A DNA stretch of 58,612 nucleotides from an uncultured Candidatus Saccharibacteria bacterium (lineage in GTDB: Bacteria > Patescibacteriota > Minisyncoccia > Minisyncoccales > Staskawiczbacteraceae): positions 1 to 58,612 of the forward strand of contig CAYRHW010000006.1 of NCBI GenBank assembly GCA_964424305.1, read 5' to 3'. The notes beneath the pieces were generated by a model. That model had not been told where the DNA came from. It searched no databases and worked only from the letters and a program-made list of their open reading frames with translations. Each line of letters begins with the position of its first letter. The first letter of the stretch is position 1. Made by a program: the position numbers and the translations under genes. Shown one piece after another: positions 42,608-52,935 of this stretch.

Positions 42608-43125
42608 ATAAAACAAAAATAGAAAATTTAATAAGGAAAGCAGAAGAAAGCAAAAAAAGTGGCTTAGATCTATCTTCCGATGAAGATTTGTCTATCGCCA
42701 TAATGAATTTAATCTCAATTGAGGAGCATTTCTTTTTCACCGGAGCAAAAACTGGAAAATCAGAGTATTTTGATTTGTTGAGCGAGGTTAGAGAGATGAG
42801 GAAAGTCCTTTTAAAAAGGATTATTAAGGATTACGAAGGTGAAGTCTGGTGTATCTCAAAACATTTGTTGTCTGCCTCAATGCGATTAATGGAGGTTGGG
42901 ACAAAAGCACTGGGTCAGGGGAAGAAAGCAGATGCAGAAGATATGTTTAAAAAAGCCTATGAGCTCTACTCTCTATTCTGGGGAATTAATCTAAAGATGG
43001 TGGAGATTGGCCAAGTAAAAAAGATCGGAGATGACCAGCTTGATAAAAGGGACACAGATAAAAAGGGAATTATGAGCAAGCTCGGAGACGTTGTTAAGAG
43101 ATTAGTAGATTGTTGTAAAGAGTAA
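42595..43125 (+). CDS. hypothetical protein
   Basis: 176-aa ORF, helical and charged, with no recognisable motif. Confidence 0.55.
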   Translation: MSEIDKTKIENLIRKAEESKKSGLDLSSDEDLSIAIMNLISIEEHFFFTGAKTGKSEYFDLLSEVREMRKVLLKRIIKDYEGEVWCISKHLLSASMRLMEVGTKALGQGKKADAEDMFKKAYELYSLFWGINLKMVEIGQVKKIGDDQLDKRDTDKKGIMSKLGDVVKRLVDCCKE

Positions 43126-43151
43126 TATTAGTAATTAATTTTTTTAAACCT

Positions 43152-43937
43152 ATGTTTTGGAACAAACCAAAAGGATTCTGCGACTTAACCGGCCAAGTGG
43201 CTATTATAACCGGGGCTAAGCAGGGGATGGGTAGGACCCATGCTATCCGACTTGCAAAGTCGGGGGCTAAAGTAGTTCTTGCCGACATATCGCAAGAAGA
43301 ATGTCAGAAAGTTGCTGATGAAATTAAAAAGTTTGGGAAGCAAGCGATTGCTGTTAAATGTGATATAAGCAAGAAGGTGGAAGTGGACCAATTGATTAAA
43401 AAAACTATTGAGACTTTTGGGAAATTAGATATTTTAGTAAATAATGCAGGGATTTGTCCTTTTCAACCATTTTTAGAGATGACAGAAGAGAACTTTAATA
43501 AAGTGATAGACATAAACCTTAAGGGATACTTCCTATGTGCTCAGGCCGCAGCAAAGGAAATGGTAAAACAAAAGAAAGGAGCCATCGTTAATATCGCCTC
43601 AATCGCGATGGGACAAGTGGGTTGTGGTTTTGCAGGATTGGCGCACTATTGTGCTTCAAAGGGTGGCATTGTTGCAATGGCAGAAGCAATGGCCCTAGAG
43701 TTGGCGCCACTTGGCATAAGGGTAAATACCATCGCTCCAGGAGCGATAGATACCCCGATGGCAGCTTCTGTAAAACAGGATTCCAAAACCCTAGAGGGAA
43801 CGTTAGCTGGGATTCCTTTGCATAGAATGGGAAATCCAGAAGATATTTCCAATGCAGTATTATTCCTAGTATCAGACGAATCCTCGTATATGACTGGTTC
43901 GGTCGTGGTCGTAGATGGAGGTTGGACGGCAAAATAG
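43152..43937 (+). CDS. SDR family oxidoreductase (FabG-like)
   Basis: TGAKQGMG cofactor loop, NNAG, and YCASK catalytic motif. Confidence 0.88.
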   Translation: MFWNKPKGFCDLTGQVAIITGAKQGMGRTHAIRLAKSGAKVVLADISQEECQKVADEIKKFGKQAIAVKCDISKKVEVDQLIKKTIETFGKLDILVNNAGICPFQPFLEMTEENFNKVIDINLKGYFLCAQAAAKEMVKQKKGAIVNIASIAMGQVGCGFAGLAHYCASKGGIVAMAEAMALELAPLGIRVNTIAPGAIDTPMAASVKQDSKTLEGTLAGIPLHRMGNPEDISNAVLFLVSDESSYMTGSVVVVDGGWTAK

Positions 43938-43949
43938 GTTTAAATCTTG

Positions 43950-43978
43950 TTGACGGCAGAAAATAGCTAGGGTAGAAT
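43950..43978 (+). promoter_or_regulatory. sigma70-type promoter with a ~110-nt leader
   Basis: TTGACG 43950-43955, 17-nt spacer, TAGAAT 43973-43978. Confidence 0.55.
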
Positions 43979-44093
43979 GAGCGCAGTTAGTAATTATTAG
44001 TAATTAGTATATAAATCAAGGTCGAGTTAATAAAACATAATTAACTTCTGATCGTAGGTTAAATAGAACAAAATCTACGATAGGAAGAAATTA

Positions 44094-44255
44094 AATGACC
44101 GAAGCTTACTGCGTAAAATGCAAAGCTAAGAGAGAAATGAAGAGTGAGAAAGAAGTTTCTTTCAAGGCAAAGGGAGGAAAGAATAGAGCCGCTATGTCAG
44201 GCGTCTGCCCAACTTGCGGAACTAAGATGTTTAGAATCTTGGGAGCAAAGAAATA
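44094..44255 (+). CDS. DUF5679-like zinc-ribbon protein (53 aa, not in the ORF track)
   Basis: Hand-translated as MTEAYCVKCKAKREMKSEKEVSFKAKGGKNRAAMSGVCPTCGTKMFRILGAKK*, with two CxxC pairs. It replaces the overlapping track ORF 44144..44341. Confidence 0.7.
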
Positions 44256-44304
44256 ATACTAAATGTATTTTCATAAATACCCCCGCTCGGGGGTATTTGC
44301 TTAA

Positions 44305-45168
44305 ATGGAAAATATTAAAAACAAGATTATCGTGGGATTAATAGGGCTGTTGGTTTTACTTAATATTATCTCTTGGGATGAAGTATCTAGGCTGTCTTCC
44401 GGAAACGATTTAATGGTAGATTTTTTAAACGTTGGCCAAGGTGACTCTATTTTCATTACCACGCCCGGTAATCAGCAAATATTAATTGATGGGGGGCCCG
44501 ATTCAACGGTTTTAGAGAAATTGAGCAAAGAGATGCCCGTCTATGACAAAACCATTGAATTGATCGTCTTAACCCACCCAGAGAAAGACCACCTTGCCGG
44601 ATTGCTCGATGTGCTCAGAAGGTATAGGGTAAAGAATATCCTGTGGACGGGGATTGTAAAAAATACGGCCGAATGGCAGGAATGGGACAGACTAATTAAG
44701 GAAGAGGGGGCAAATATTAAAATAGCGGAAGCAGGGGATCGGGTGGTTTTGCAAAAAGATAATCCCACAATATTCTTTGATATTTTAAACCCAGGGGAGG
44801 ATTTATCGGGTAGGGAATTCGAGGACAGCAATGATACCGCAACGGTTCTTTGTTTGACCGTGGGTGAGAAGAAGTTTTTATTCACTGGAGATATTGGGTT
44901 TGGAGTAGAAAACCAATTAATAAAAGAAAACATTGTAGCAGATGTGCTTAAAGTTGCTCACCATGGGAGCAAGTATTCAACTTCGGAAGAATTTCTTAAA
45001 CAACTTTCTCCCAACGTAGCCGTCATATCAGTTGGGCAAAATACTTACGGACACCCAACAGACGAACTCTTGGCAAGACTGAATAATTTTGGTATAGATA
45101 TTAAAAGAACCGATCGGGATGGAGACATTAAAATTTTCTCTAATGGAGAAATTATCACATACAAATAA
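44305..45168 (+). CDS. ComEC/Rec2-related metallo-beta-lactamase domain protein
   Basis: TM anchor plus MBL motifs VGQGDSIFI, THPEKDHLAG and LKVAHHGSK. There is no competence channel domain. Confidence 0.8.
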   Translation: MENIKNKIIVGLIGLLVLLNIISWDEVSRLSSGNDLMVDFLNVGQGDSIFITTPGNQQILIDGGPDSTVLEKLSKEMPVYDKTIELIVLTHPEKDHLAGLLDVLRRYRVKNILWTGIVKNTAEWQEWDRLIKEEGANIKIAEAGDRVVLQKDNPTIFFDILNPGEDLSGREFEDSNDTATVLCLTVGEKKFLFTGDIGFGVENQLIKENIVADVLKVAHHGSKYSTSEEFLKQLSPNVAVISVGQNTYGHPTDELLARLNNFGIDIKRTDRDGDIKIFSNGEIITYK

Positions 45169-45189
45169 TTATTAAATAATAAAATAAAA

Positions 45190-46263
45190 ATGAAAGGAGT
45201 AGATTTCCCAATATACAAGACCAAGGATAGTGGTTTGCCAAAGAAGTTTGATTTAACTAATTTTAGTGATAGGCAGGCGTATTTTGAATACAAAGCTGGT
45301 CCAGAAATTAAAAAACTGCGTGAGTTTTTAAAAGACAATACATTTATAGCCTATCTAATGGGGAAGAAATCTTCTGGCAAAGGAACTTACTCCAAAATGC
45401 TGAAAGAGGTTGTCGCCCCAGACAGAATAGAGCATTTTTCAGTAGGGGACATGATTAGGTCATTTGATAAAGTTATTGGAGACCCAGTACAAAAGAAAGA
45501 GCTTGTCGAATGGTTGGGGAAAAACTATCGAGGGTTTATTCCGTTAGAAGATATAATGAAATCTTTAGAGAATAGGAGTACAAAAACTCTTTTACCAACC
45601 GAGCTAATACTGGCTCTAGCAAAGAGAGAGATTGAGAAGCTAGGGAGGAAGGCTATCTTTATCGATGGGTTCCCGCGGGACCTAGACCAAATTTCCTATT
45701 CCCTATTCTTTAGAGAATTGATCAATTATAGACAAGATCCAGACGTGTTTGTTTTAATTGATGTCCCCACTACCATAATTGATGAAAGAGTTAAATTTAG
45801 AATGATCTGCCCACTTTGCCAGACTTCAAGAAATTTAAAACTTTTAGCAACAAAGAACGTTGAATATGATGAGGCAGATAACAAATTTCATCTGATCTGC
45901 GATAATCCAGAATGTAAGGGTTCACGAATGGTCACGAAAGAGGGGGACGAATTGGGGATCGAACCCATTAGGGAAAGATTAAATAAAGACGAAACCTTGA
46001 TTAGACAAGCAATGCAATTACAGGGAATACCAAAGATTTATCTGAGGAATTCTATTCCTATTGATAAGGTGGACGAATACGCCGATGATTATGAGATCAC
46101 TCCGGGATATACATACAAGTTTAACGAAGAAGAGAATAAAGTTGAAGTAACAGAAAGCCCATGGCAAGTATTAGATGACGAAGGTGTTAATTCTAATAGC
46201 CTGATGCCACCTCCGGTTGTTGTTTCTTTAATCAAACAATTAGTAATAGCACTTGGTTTATAG
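45190..46263 (+). CDS. adenylate-kinase family protein with N-terminal extension and Zn lid (357 aa)
   Basis: P-loop GKKSSGKGT, IDGFPRDLDQ, and a lid with CPLC...CDNPEC. Confidence 0.65.
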   Translation: MKGVDFPIYKTKDSGLPKKFDLTNFSDRQAYFEYKAGPEIKKLREFLKDNTFIAYLMGKKSSGKGTYSKMLKEVVAPDRIEHFSVGDMIRSFDKVIGDPVQKKELVEWLGKNYRGFIPLEDIMKSLENRSTKTLLPTELILALAKREIEKLGRKAIFIDGFPRDLDQISYSLFFRELINYRQDPDVFVLIDVPTTIIDERVKFRMICPLCQTSRNLKLLATKNVEYDEADNKFHLICDNPECKGSRMVTKEGDELGIEPIRERLNKDETLIRQAMQLQGIPKIYLRNSIPIDKVDEYADDYEITPGYTYKFNEEENKVEVTESPWQVLDDEGVNSNSLMPPPVVVSLIKQLVIALGL

Positions 46264-46439
46264 GGGCTGGACAGCGCCGTGCTAAGGAGTAAAATGAAGA
46301 TAGCCCTATAAAAATTCTAAACAATTATATATTAGGGAATCCCAATCTGCCCTGACCGTGGTCAGGGCGCAAGGATACCCACCTAGATTTAGTCTAGAAT
46401 TAATAGGGCAGCAAAGCACCCCGTCAAACGGGGTTTTTT
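46264..46439 (+). ncRNA. candidate structured ncRNA or long structured 3' UTR ending in a terminator (class unknown)
   Basis: GC-rich helices in an AT-rich spacer. GCCCTGACC 46349-46357 / GGTCAGGGC 46360-46368, or alternatively CTGCCCT 46347-46353 / AGGGCAG 46405-46411. CTAGA 46383-46387 / TCTAG 46393-46397. Terminator ACCCCG 46418-46423 / CGGGGT 46429-46434 plus a T-run. Confidence 0.3.
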
Positions 46440-46516
46440 GTTAAGGAATAATTACATGAGGAATAATTTGTGGTAGAATGCGGTAAGGGTTAATAAATAA
46501 AAGGTATATTAAAATT

Positions 46517-46876
46517 ATGTTTTTTAATAAGCGTATTGTCTTTTCCGTTATCATCATTGTCCTTTTTTCTGGCAATGTTCTTCTCGCTAGCCAGTGTTAT
46601 ATTCTGTCAAAGAGTCTACAGGCTAATAATGTCCTGCTTTTAGCCTCTGCGCGCAATGAAAAGATACTTAACTTTACTAAATTGTTTATTAAAAAAGTTT
46701 TAAAAGCAGAGACAGAGATTACTTTCGAGGATCGTCTCCAGCTTGAGAATGCCGTTAGGGATATTGGGAATAAAGATATTTCTGGCCAATGGCAAAAATT
46801 TGTCGATTCTAAGGGTGAGGCTCAGGCCCAAACGGAAGTGAAGAATTTGCTAGAAACATTAGTGAATAATATTTAG
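46517..46876 (+). CDS. membrane-anchored hypothetical protein
   Basis: 119-aa ORF with an N-terminal TM. Confidence 0.6.
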   Translation: MFFNKRIVFSVIIIVLFSGNVLLASQCYILSKSLQANNVLLLASARNEKILNFTKLFIKKVLKAETEITFEDRLQLENAVRDIGNKDISGQWQKFVDSKGEAQAQTEVKNLLETLVNNI

Positions 46877-46890
46877 CCGTTACTAACAAC

Positions 46891-46924
46891 AAAAACAGCC
46901 CACAAGATAGGGCTGTTTTTGTTG
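46891..46924. terminator. bidirectional terminator
   Basis: ACAGCCC 46895-46901 / GGGCTGT 46910-46916, flanked by an A-run and a T-run. Confidence 0.75.
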
Positions 46925-46933
46925 TTTATATTG

Positions 46934-47004
46934 TCGGGGCACCGAGATTCGAACTCGGAATAAATCCACCCCATGGACTCGTGCTACCATTACACTATGC
47001 CCCG
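46934..47004 (-). tRNA. tRNA-Pro (anticodon GGG), CCA not encoded
   Basis: Hand-folded from the reverse complement. Acceptor CGGGGCA/UGCCCCG with C1-G72 and A73. D-stem GUGU/GCAC. Anticodon stem AGUCC/GGAUU with loop AU-GGG-GU (U33, G37). T-arm CCGAG-UUCGAAU-CUCGG. Total length 71 nt. Confidence 0.88.
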
Positions 47005-47012
47005 CCGAAAGT

Positions 47013-47237
47013 CTATACTTTTTTAGCTAGAGCCTTGATGCATTTAGTGCACGCTAAAATTCTTTTTCCTTGAAAAGGTTTTACTGCTTTTGGAGATTTA
47101 GCTCCCATGGGGACTAGAGTCCATTGTAAATTAGGATACTTCCTATATTTCCTTGTAGGATTGTATTTTCCCCTTAACTTAACTAGCTTCCAGTTTACGG
47201 TAGAGGTTTTATCGCAGATTGTACAAGTTTTTGCCAT
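47013..47237 (-). CDS. rpmB: 50S ribosomal protein L28
   Basis: MAKTCTICDK...RKYRKYPNLQ pattern of bL28. Confidence 0.8.
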   Translation of the reverse strand: MAKTCTICDKTSTVNWKLVKLRGKYNPTRKYRKYPNLQWTLVPMGAKSPKAVKPFQGKRILACTKCIKALAKKV

Positions 47238-47315
47238 AGATTGATAAGTTTAAATTAACAATTATCCATAATACATCAAGTTCCATTTTCTTTCAAGGTG
47301 TGATATAAGGGAAAT

Positions 47316-47927
47316 ATGTTTATTGAATCAATTTTCGTATTATTAATCTTGTTTTTTTCTATCGTTATCCACGAGATTGCTCACGGCAGTATGGCTTTGG
47401 TGCTGGGTGACACTACGGCGAAGAGAGAAGGAAGGCTTACATTAAACCCGCTTAAGCACATAGACTTATTCGGTACAATTATCCTCCCCTTATTATTATT
47501 ACTTGCTCAGGGTCCTGTTTTTGGATGGGCAAAGCCAGTCCCAGTTAATCCATACAACTTTAAAGACCAGAAGTGGGGGATGCTCAAAGTTTCCTTGGCT
47601 GGTCCAGCTGCAAATTTTTTAGTAGCAGTATTCTTCGGACTACTTTTAAGGTTTGTAAACTTGCCAGATTCTTTGGTAATACCATTTAGTCTAATTGCAA
47701 TTTACAATTTTCTATGGGCCTTGTTCAATCTATTGCCTATCCCACCCCTTGATGGATCTCATATCATTTTTTCTTTCTTCCCAAAGAGTTGGCAGAATGT
47801 TAAAAATTTCCTACAACAGTATGGGATTGTTATTCTTTTATTTTTTATCTTTTTCGGAGTGGGAATACTTTTCAAATTAGCCGCTTTCCTATATACCTTC
47901 GTCGTGGGTGGCCAGCCGATCATATAA
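47316..47927 (+). CDS. site-2 protease family (M50) membrane metalloprotease
   Basis: HEIAHG zinc motif in TM1 and NLLPIPPLDGSH motif. Confidence 0.85.
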   Translation: MFIESIFVLLILFFSIVIHEIAHGSMALVLGDTTAKREGRLTLNPLKHIDLFGTIILPLLLLLAQGPVFGWAKPVPVNPYNFKDQKWGMLKVSLAGPAANFLVAVFFGLLLRFVNLPDSLVIPFSLIAIYNFLWALFNLLPIPPLDGSHIIFSFFPKSWQNVKNFLQQYGIVILLFFIFFGVGILFKLAAFLYTFVVGGQPII

Positions 47928-48009
47928 CAGAACATGCCATTAATCATCTCGCGGGGTTTACATTATTCGACATTACTGCTAAAATCTAATTACTTTGTTT
48001 GTAAAAACA

Positions 48010-48038
48010 TTGACACTCGGTAGAATATTTGTTAAATT
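48010..48038 (+). promoter_or_regulatory. sigma70-type promoter of the str operon
   Basis: TTGACA 48010-48015, 17-nt spacer, TAAATT 48033-48038. Confidence 0.55.
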
Positions 48039-48066
48039 AGCTTTTATCGTACAAAAAATTTAAATT

Positions 48067-48486
48067 ATGTGTCCAACCATTCATCAATTAATTAAAAAGG
48101 GGAGAGTGAAACAAAAAAACCGCAAGAAAATGCCTGCGTTGGAATTTGGTTTCAACGTTTTAAAAAACAGACCAACCATATATCCATCACCATTTAAAAA
48201 GGGCGTTTGTCTAAAAGTTTTTACAACTACTCCAAAGAAACCAAACTCTGCCTTAAGAAAAGTAGCTAGGGTTAAGCTTTCTAATGGAATGGAAGTAACC
48301 GCTTATATTCCAGGCGAAGGACACAATTTACAAGAGCACTCCGTGGTAATGCTTAGGGGTGGAAGGGTTAAGGATTTACCAGGTGTAAGATACCACATAG
48401 TTAGAGGTGTTTTAGATACAGCCGGAGTTGAAGGAAGAAAACAAGAAAGAAGTAAGTACGGTGCTAAAAGACCTAAGGGGAAATAG
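48067..48486 (+). CDS. rpsL: 30S ribosomal protein S12
   Basis: [11 protein letters not shown]...[17 protein letters not shown]...[13 protein letters not shown], with an N-proximal insertion ([18 protein letters not shown]). Confidence 0.95.
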   Translation: MCPTIHQLIKKGRVKQKNRKKMPALEFGFNVLKNRPTIYPSPFKKGVCLKVFTTTPKKPNSALRKVARVKLSNGMEVTAYIPGEGHNLQEHSVVMLRGGRVKDLPGVRYHIVRGVLDTAGVEGRKQERSKYGAKRPKGK

Positions 48487-48511
48487 GCTGGCTTAAATAA
48501 ATATAAAATTC

Positions 48512-48973
48512 ATGCATAAATTTAAAAAACATATAGTGGCTCCCGATAGAATGTACGATGATACCGCTGTCGCCCATTTTACGAACAAGGTAATGGAAAA
48601 GGGGAAGAAGACAGTAGCCCAAAGCATTGTCTATGGTGCTTTTGATATAATTAAAGAAAAGACTAAGAAAAACCCATTGGATGTCTTCAGAGAAGCCATT
48701 GAAAACGCTGCCCCGATTTTAGAGATAAAACCAAAGAGAATCGGTGGTGCTACCTATCAAGTGCCGGTAGAGGTTAAGGGTGATCGAAGATTAACACTGG
48801 CCACAAGATGGATAATTGCCGGTGCCAGATCTAAAAAAGGAAAACCAATGGCCGAAAAGCTATCTCAAGAATTAATTGACGCAGCCAATAACACGGGTAC
48901 AGCAGTAAAAAAGAAAATTGAAGTTCACAGAATGGCAGAGGCCAACAAAGCCTTCGCCCATTTTGCTAGATAA
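48512..48973 (+). CDS. rpsG: 30S ribosomal protein S7
   Basis: Family-typical [11 protein letters not shown] and [12 protein letters not shown] motifs, in str-operon order. Confidence 0.95.
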   Translation: MHKFKKHIVAPDRMYDDTAVAHFTNKVMEKGKKTVAQSIVYGAFDIIKEKTKKNPLDVFREAIENAAPILEIKPKRIGGATYQVPVEVKGDRRLTLATRWIIAGARSKKGKPMAEKLSQELIDAANNTGTAVKKKIEVHRMAEANKAFAHFAR

Positions 48974-48978
48974 TACTC

Positions 48979-51054
48979 ATGAGCAGAACTAGTCCGGTTG
49001 ACAAAACCAGAAATATTGGAGTTATCGCGCACATTGATGCGGGGAAAACAACTGTTTCAGAACGGTTGATTTATTATACAGGTTCATCTCACAAAATTGG
49101 GGAAGTTCATGAGGGTGAAACGGTAATGGATTGGATGCCTCAAGAAAGGGAGAGGGGAATCACTATCACTGCGGCTGCCATTACTTTAAATTGGAAGGAT
49201 CATCAGATAAACCTAATTGATACTCCGGGCCACATTGATTTTACAGCAGAGGTTCAGCGATCTTTGAGAGTTTTGGATGGAGCAGTTGTAGTATTCGATG
49301 GAGTAGCTGGAGTAGAGCCTCAATCAGAAACAGTTTGGAGACAGGCTGATAAATACGGCACTCCAAGAGTTTGTTTCATTAATAAGATGGATAGAATGGG
49401 AGCTAACTTTGAAAATGATGTTCAATCAATTTACGATAAGCTCACCTTAAACGCAGTTCCTGTCCAAATCCCAATGGGGGAAGAGGAAAGACTCCAAGGC
49501 GTTGTTGATTTGTTTAATATGAAAGCCTTGTTTTTCGAGGGGGAGATGGGTCAAAGTGTCGTTGAGAAAGAAATTCCCGCAGAATTTAAGGAAATGGCCG
49601 AGATATATCGCCATAAAATGGTAGAAAAGATTGCCGCCGAAGACGAAGCATTGTTAGAAAAGTTTTTAGCTGGTAAAGAAATCACAGTCCCAGAATTAAA
49701 GGCCTCACTAAGAAAGTCGTGTTTGGCGTATAAGCTAGTCCCAATTTTTTGTGGGTCTGCTTTAAAGAATAAGGGTATTCAGCCAGTCCTAGATGCGATT
49801 GTTGAATATTTGCCATCTCCAATGGATTTGCCCCCAGTTCAGGGAATTGATGTAAACGACGGCAAAGCTATAACAAGGAAACCAGAGGACTCTGAGCCGT
49901 TTTCCGCTTTAGTTTTCAAAATTGCTACCGATCCATTCGTTGGAACATTAACTTACTTCAGGGTTTATTCCGGATCTCTAATAAAAGGTTCCTATGTTTT
50001 AAATGCAAACAATAGTGGTCAGGAAAGAATTAGTAGAATTATTAGGATGCATTCAAATACTAGGACAGAATTGGATGCTTTGTACTCCGGGGAGATCGGA
50101 GCCACTGTTGGGTTGAAGGCAACTAGTACAGGACACACCCTTTGCGACAAAGATAATCCAATCATATTAGAGAAGATTGTATTCCCAGAACCTGTTATTG
50201 ATATGCGTGTTGAGCCTAAGACTCAGGCTGATCAAGAGAAACTAATTGCTTCTTTAAGAAAATTGGCTGACGAGGATCCAACCTTTAGGATAAAAGAAGA
50301 TCAAGAGACTAGCGAAACAATTATTTCTGGTATGGGAGAGTTGCACCTAGATATTCTAGCCGACAGATTAAGAAGAGAATTCCACGTTGATGCTAACTAC
50401 GGAAAACCACAGGTGGCATATAAGGAAACTGTTGTCGGAGAGGCCGAAGCAGAAGGGAAGTATATAAGACAATCTGGTGGTAAGGGTCAATATGGACACG
50501 TTTGGTTAAAGATAAAACCAAAAGAGAGAGGAGCTGGCTACGAATTCATAGATGAAATTAAAGGAGGAGCTATACCAAAAGAATTTATCAATCCGATCCA
50601 GAAAGGTATTAAAGAGGCAATGGATAAAGGGGTTATAGCCGGATATCCAGTTGTTGATGTCGAGGTTACTCTATTTGATGGTAGCTTCCATGAAGTTGAT
50701 TCCTCAGAGTTCGCCTTTAAGATCGCCGGTTCCATGGCCTTCCAGGAAGCTGCCAAGAGAGCAAAGACTGTTATCCTTGAGCCGGTGATGAAGATAGAGG
50801 TTATTACACCAGAAAACTTCTTTGGCCAAGTCATTTCTGACTTAAACTCAAGGCGTGGCAAGGTTGAAGAAACCAAGGAGAGAGTAGGGATGAGAGTAAT
50901 TGAAGCATCGGTTCCTCTATCTGAAATGTTTGGCTATTCTACTGCAGTCCGTTCCCTAACCGAAGGTAGAGCAAACTTCACAATGCAATTTGGCCGATAC
51001 GAAAAGGTCCCAGAAAACATAGCCAAAGAGATTATCGAGGGGAAAAGGAAATAG
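48979..51054 (+). CDS. fusA: elongation factor G
   Basis: G-domain motifs [14 protein letters not shown] and NKMD. 691 aa. Confidence 0.97.
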   Translation: MSRTSPVDKTRNIGVIAHIDAGKTTVSERLIYYTGSSHKIGEVHEGETVMDWMPQERERGITITAAAITLNWKDHQINLIDTPGHIDFTAEVQRSLRVLDGAVVVFDGVAGVEPQSETVWRQADKYGTPRVCFINKMDRMGANFENDVQSIYDKLTLNAVPVQIPMGEEERLQGVVDLFNMKALFFEGEMGQSVVEKEIPAEFKEMAEIYRHKMVEKIAAEDEALLEKFLAGKEITVPELKASLRKSCLAYKLVPIFCGSALKNKGIQPVLDAIVEYLPSPMDLPPVQGIDVNDGKAITRKPEDSEPFSALVFKIATDPFVGTLTYFRVYSGSLIKGSYVLNANNSGQERISRIIRMHSNTRTELDALYSGEIGATVGLKATSTGHTLCDKDNPIILEKIVFPEPVIDMRVEPKTQADQEKLIASLRKLADEDPTFRIKEDQETSETIISGMGELHLDILADRLRREFHVDANYGKPQVAYKETVVGEAEAEGKYIRQSGGKGQYGHVWLKIKPKERGAGYEFIDEIKGGAIPKEFINPIQKGIKEAMDKGVIAGYPVVDVEVTLFDGSFHEVDSSEFAFKIAGSMAFQEAAKRAKTVILEPVMKIEVITPENFFGQVISDLNSRRGKVEETKERVGMRVIEASVPLSEMFGYSTAVRSLTEGRANFTMQFGRYEKVPENIAKEIIEGKRK

Positions 51055-51173
51055 AAGCTATTGACCTTGACGAAAATCCATTGTAATATATCTGTAGTTT
51101 TAAAAAATCAATAAAGTAAAAAATAATTAAAAGGTAAACAATATTCGCCTTCTGGCGAAAATTAAAAAATTCT

Positions 51174-52370
51174 ATGGCAACAGAAAAATTCGAAAGAACA
51201 AAACCGCACTTAAACGTTGGTACCATTGGTCACGTTGATCATGGTAAAACCACGTTATCAGCCGCAATTTTACACATTTCAAAATTGCGCGGTTTTAAAT
51301 GTTCAGAAAAAGGAGTAGATCAAATTGATTCAGCTCCAGAAGAGAAAGCAAGAGGAGTGACAATTTCTATTTCTCACTTAGAGTTTGAAACAGCAAAACG
51401 TCACTATGCCCATATTGATTGTCCTGGTCACGCAGATTACATCAAGAACATGATTACAGGTGCCGCTCAAATGGACGGAGCCATATTGTTAGTATCTGCT
51501 CCAGACGGCCCAATGCCTCAAACAAAAGAGCACGTTTTGTTAGCTTACCAAGTAGGTTTGCCAACATTGGTTGTATTTTTGAACAAAGTTGACCAAGTTG
51601 ATGATCCAGAAATTTTGGATTTAGTTGAATCAGAAGTAAGAGAGCTATTGAAGAAATACAAATATCCTGGAGACGAAACTCCTATTATCCGAGGTTCTGC
51701 TCTAAAGGCCTTGGAAGCCAAATCAGCTGATGACGAAAGTGCAAAATGTATTGTTGAATTGTTAGATGCCATTGATAACTATTTCCCAGAACCAACAAGA
51801 GAGTTGGATAAACCATTCATCATGGCCGTTGAAGATGTTTTCTCAATTGAAGGTAGGGGAACTGTGGCCACCGGAAGAATTGAAAGAGGAGTTGTCCACC
51901 CAAATGATGAAGCAGAGATAATTGGTATTAAAGATACTACAAAAACAGTTGTGGTCTCTGTTGAAATGTTTAACAAATCCTTGGATGAAGGAAGAGCTGG
52001 TGATAACGTTGGCTTGTTATTGAGGGGTACAAAGAAAGAAGATATCGAGAGAGGTCAAGTTTTGGCTAAACCAGGATCAGTTCATCCTCACACAGAATTT
52101 GAGGGAGATGTCTATGTTTTAACAAAAGAAGAAGGTGGACGTCATACCCCATTTTTCACAGGGTACAAGCCCCAACTATATATCAGAACAACTGATGTTA
52201 CGGGAGATGTAACTTTGCCAGCCGGAACCGAAATGGTAATGCCAGGAGATACTGCAAAATTAATTGTTAAATTAATTGCACCAGTTGCCTTGGAAGAGAA
52301 ACAGAGATTTGCTATCAGAGAAGGAGGTAAAACAGTTGGCGCAGGAGTAGTAACAAAAATAATTAAATAG
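51174..52370 (+). CDS. tuf: elongation factor Tu
   Basis: [17 protein letters not shown] and NKVD. 398 aa. Confidence 0.97.
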   Translation: MATEKFERTKPHLNVGTIGHVDHGKTTLSAAILHISKLRGFKCSEKGVDQIDSAPEEKARGVTISISHLEFETAKRHYAHIDCPGHADYIKNMITGAAQMDGAILLVSAPDGPMPQTKEHVLLAYQVGLPTLVVFLNKVDQVDDPEILDLVESEVRELLKKYKYPGDETPIIRGSALKALEAKSADDESAKCIVELLDAIDNYFPEPTRELDKPFIMAVEDVFSIEGRGTVATGRIERGVVHPNDEAEIIGIKDTTKTVVVSVEMFNKSLDEGRAGDNVGLLLRGTKKEDIERGQVLAKPGSVHPHTEFEGDVYVLTKEEGGRHTPFFTGYKPQLYIRTTDVTGDVTLPAGTEMVMPGDTAKLIVKLIAPVALEEKQRFAIREGGKTVGAGVVTKIIK

Positions 52371-52372
52371 GT

Positions 52373-52413
52373 TGGTAGAATAAACTAATGGCGTGTAACA
52401 AAAAGTTACACGC
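52373..52413 (+). promoter_or_regulatory. extended -10 promoter plus 9-bp leader hairpin upstream of rpsJ
   Basis: TGgTAGAAT with -10 at 52376-52381. Hairpin GCGTGTAAC 52391-52399 / GTTACACGC 52405-52413. Confidence 0.5.
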
Positions 52414-52437
52414 TGTAAGTTATAAAAATTTAATTTA

Positions 52438-52803
52438 ATGCCGGTAAAGAAAGCAGTAAAGAAAATTGAAAAGGAAGGAGAGCAGGCTGTCGATACAGCT
52501 AAGCCCAGGCTTAGAATAAAGCTGAAAGCCTATGATCACAAAATAATCGACAATAGTGCTCGACAGATTATTGATATTGCTACCAGATACGGAGCCGAAG
52601 TTATCGGGCCGATTCCTTTACCAACAGAGATATTAAAGTTTACTGTCAACCGATCCAGTTTTGTCCATAAAGACGCAAGGGAGCAATTCGAGATGAGGGT
52701 ACATAAGAGGATAATTGATATTTTGAATCCAAACGCAGACATATTGGAAGCATTGAAAGATGTTAATCTCCCATCAGGAGTTGACATCAGCGTTAAAATT
52801 TAG
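52438..52803 (+). CDS. rpsJ: 30S ribosomal protein S10
   Basis: RIKLKAYDHKIIDNSARQI...FEMRVHKRIIDI, with an N-terminal ~20-aa extension. Confidence 0.93.
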   Translation: MPVKKAVKKIEKEGEQAVDTAKPRLRIKLKAYDHKIIDNSARQIIDIATRYGAEVIGPIPLPTEILKFTVNRSSFVHKDAREQFEMRVHKRIIDILNPNADILEALKDVNLPSGVDISVKI

Positions 52804-52935
52804 TATACATAGACTATTCCAAAACCTAGTTTTGAGGATACTATTATGGTAAAAATTATTCATAATTTTTAGCCGTCTTAAGTCCCATATTTTGTAAAAA
52901 ATGCCGGGCTTAGTGTCCGGTATTTAGTTAAAAAA

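Noticed and set aside
44144-44341. Track ORF of 65 aa upstream of the ComEC-like gene.
   Set aside because: It overlaps, in another frame, the 53-aa zinc-ribbon ORF 44094..44255, which has two CxxC pairs and a promoter plus leader. It also runs into the start of the next gene.
46264-46439. The segment might be tmRNA (a GGGGCTGG-like 5' end right after the stop codon) or SRP RNA (a GGTCAGG segment).
   Set aside because: There is no T-arm (GGTTCGA..), no ACCA-proximal acceptor and no plausible tag ORF for tmRNA. After GGUCAGG, the SRP helix-8 GNRA stem and the AGCA loop cannot be formed in register.
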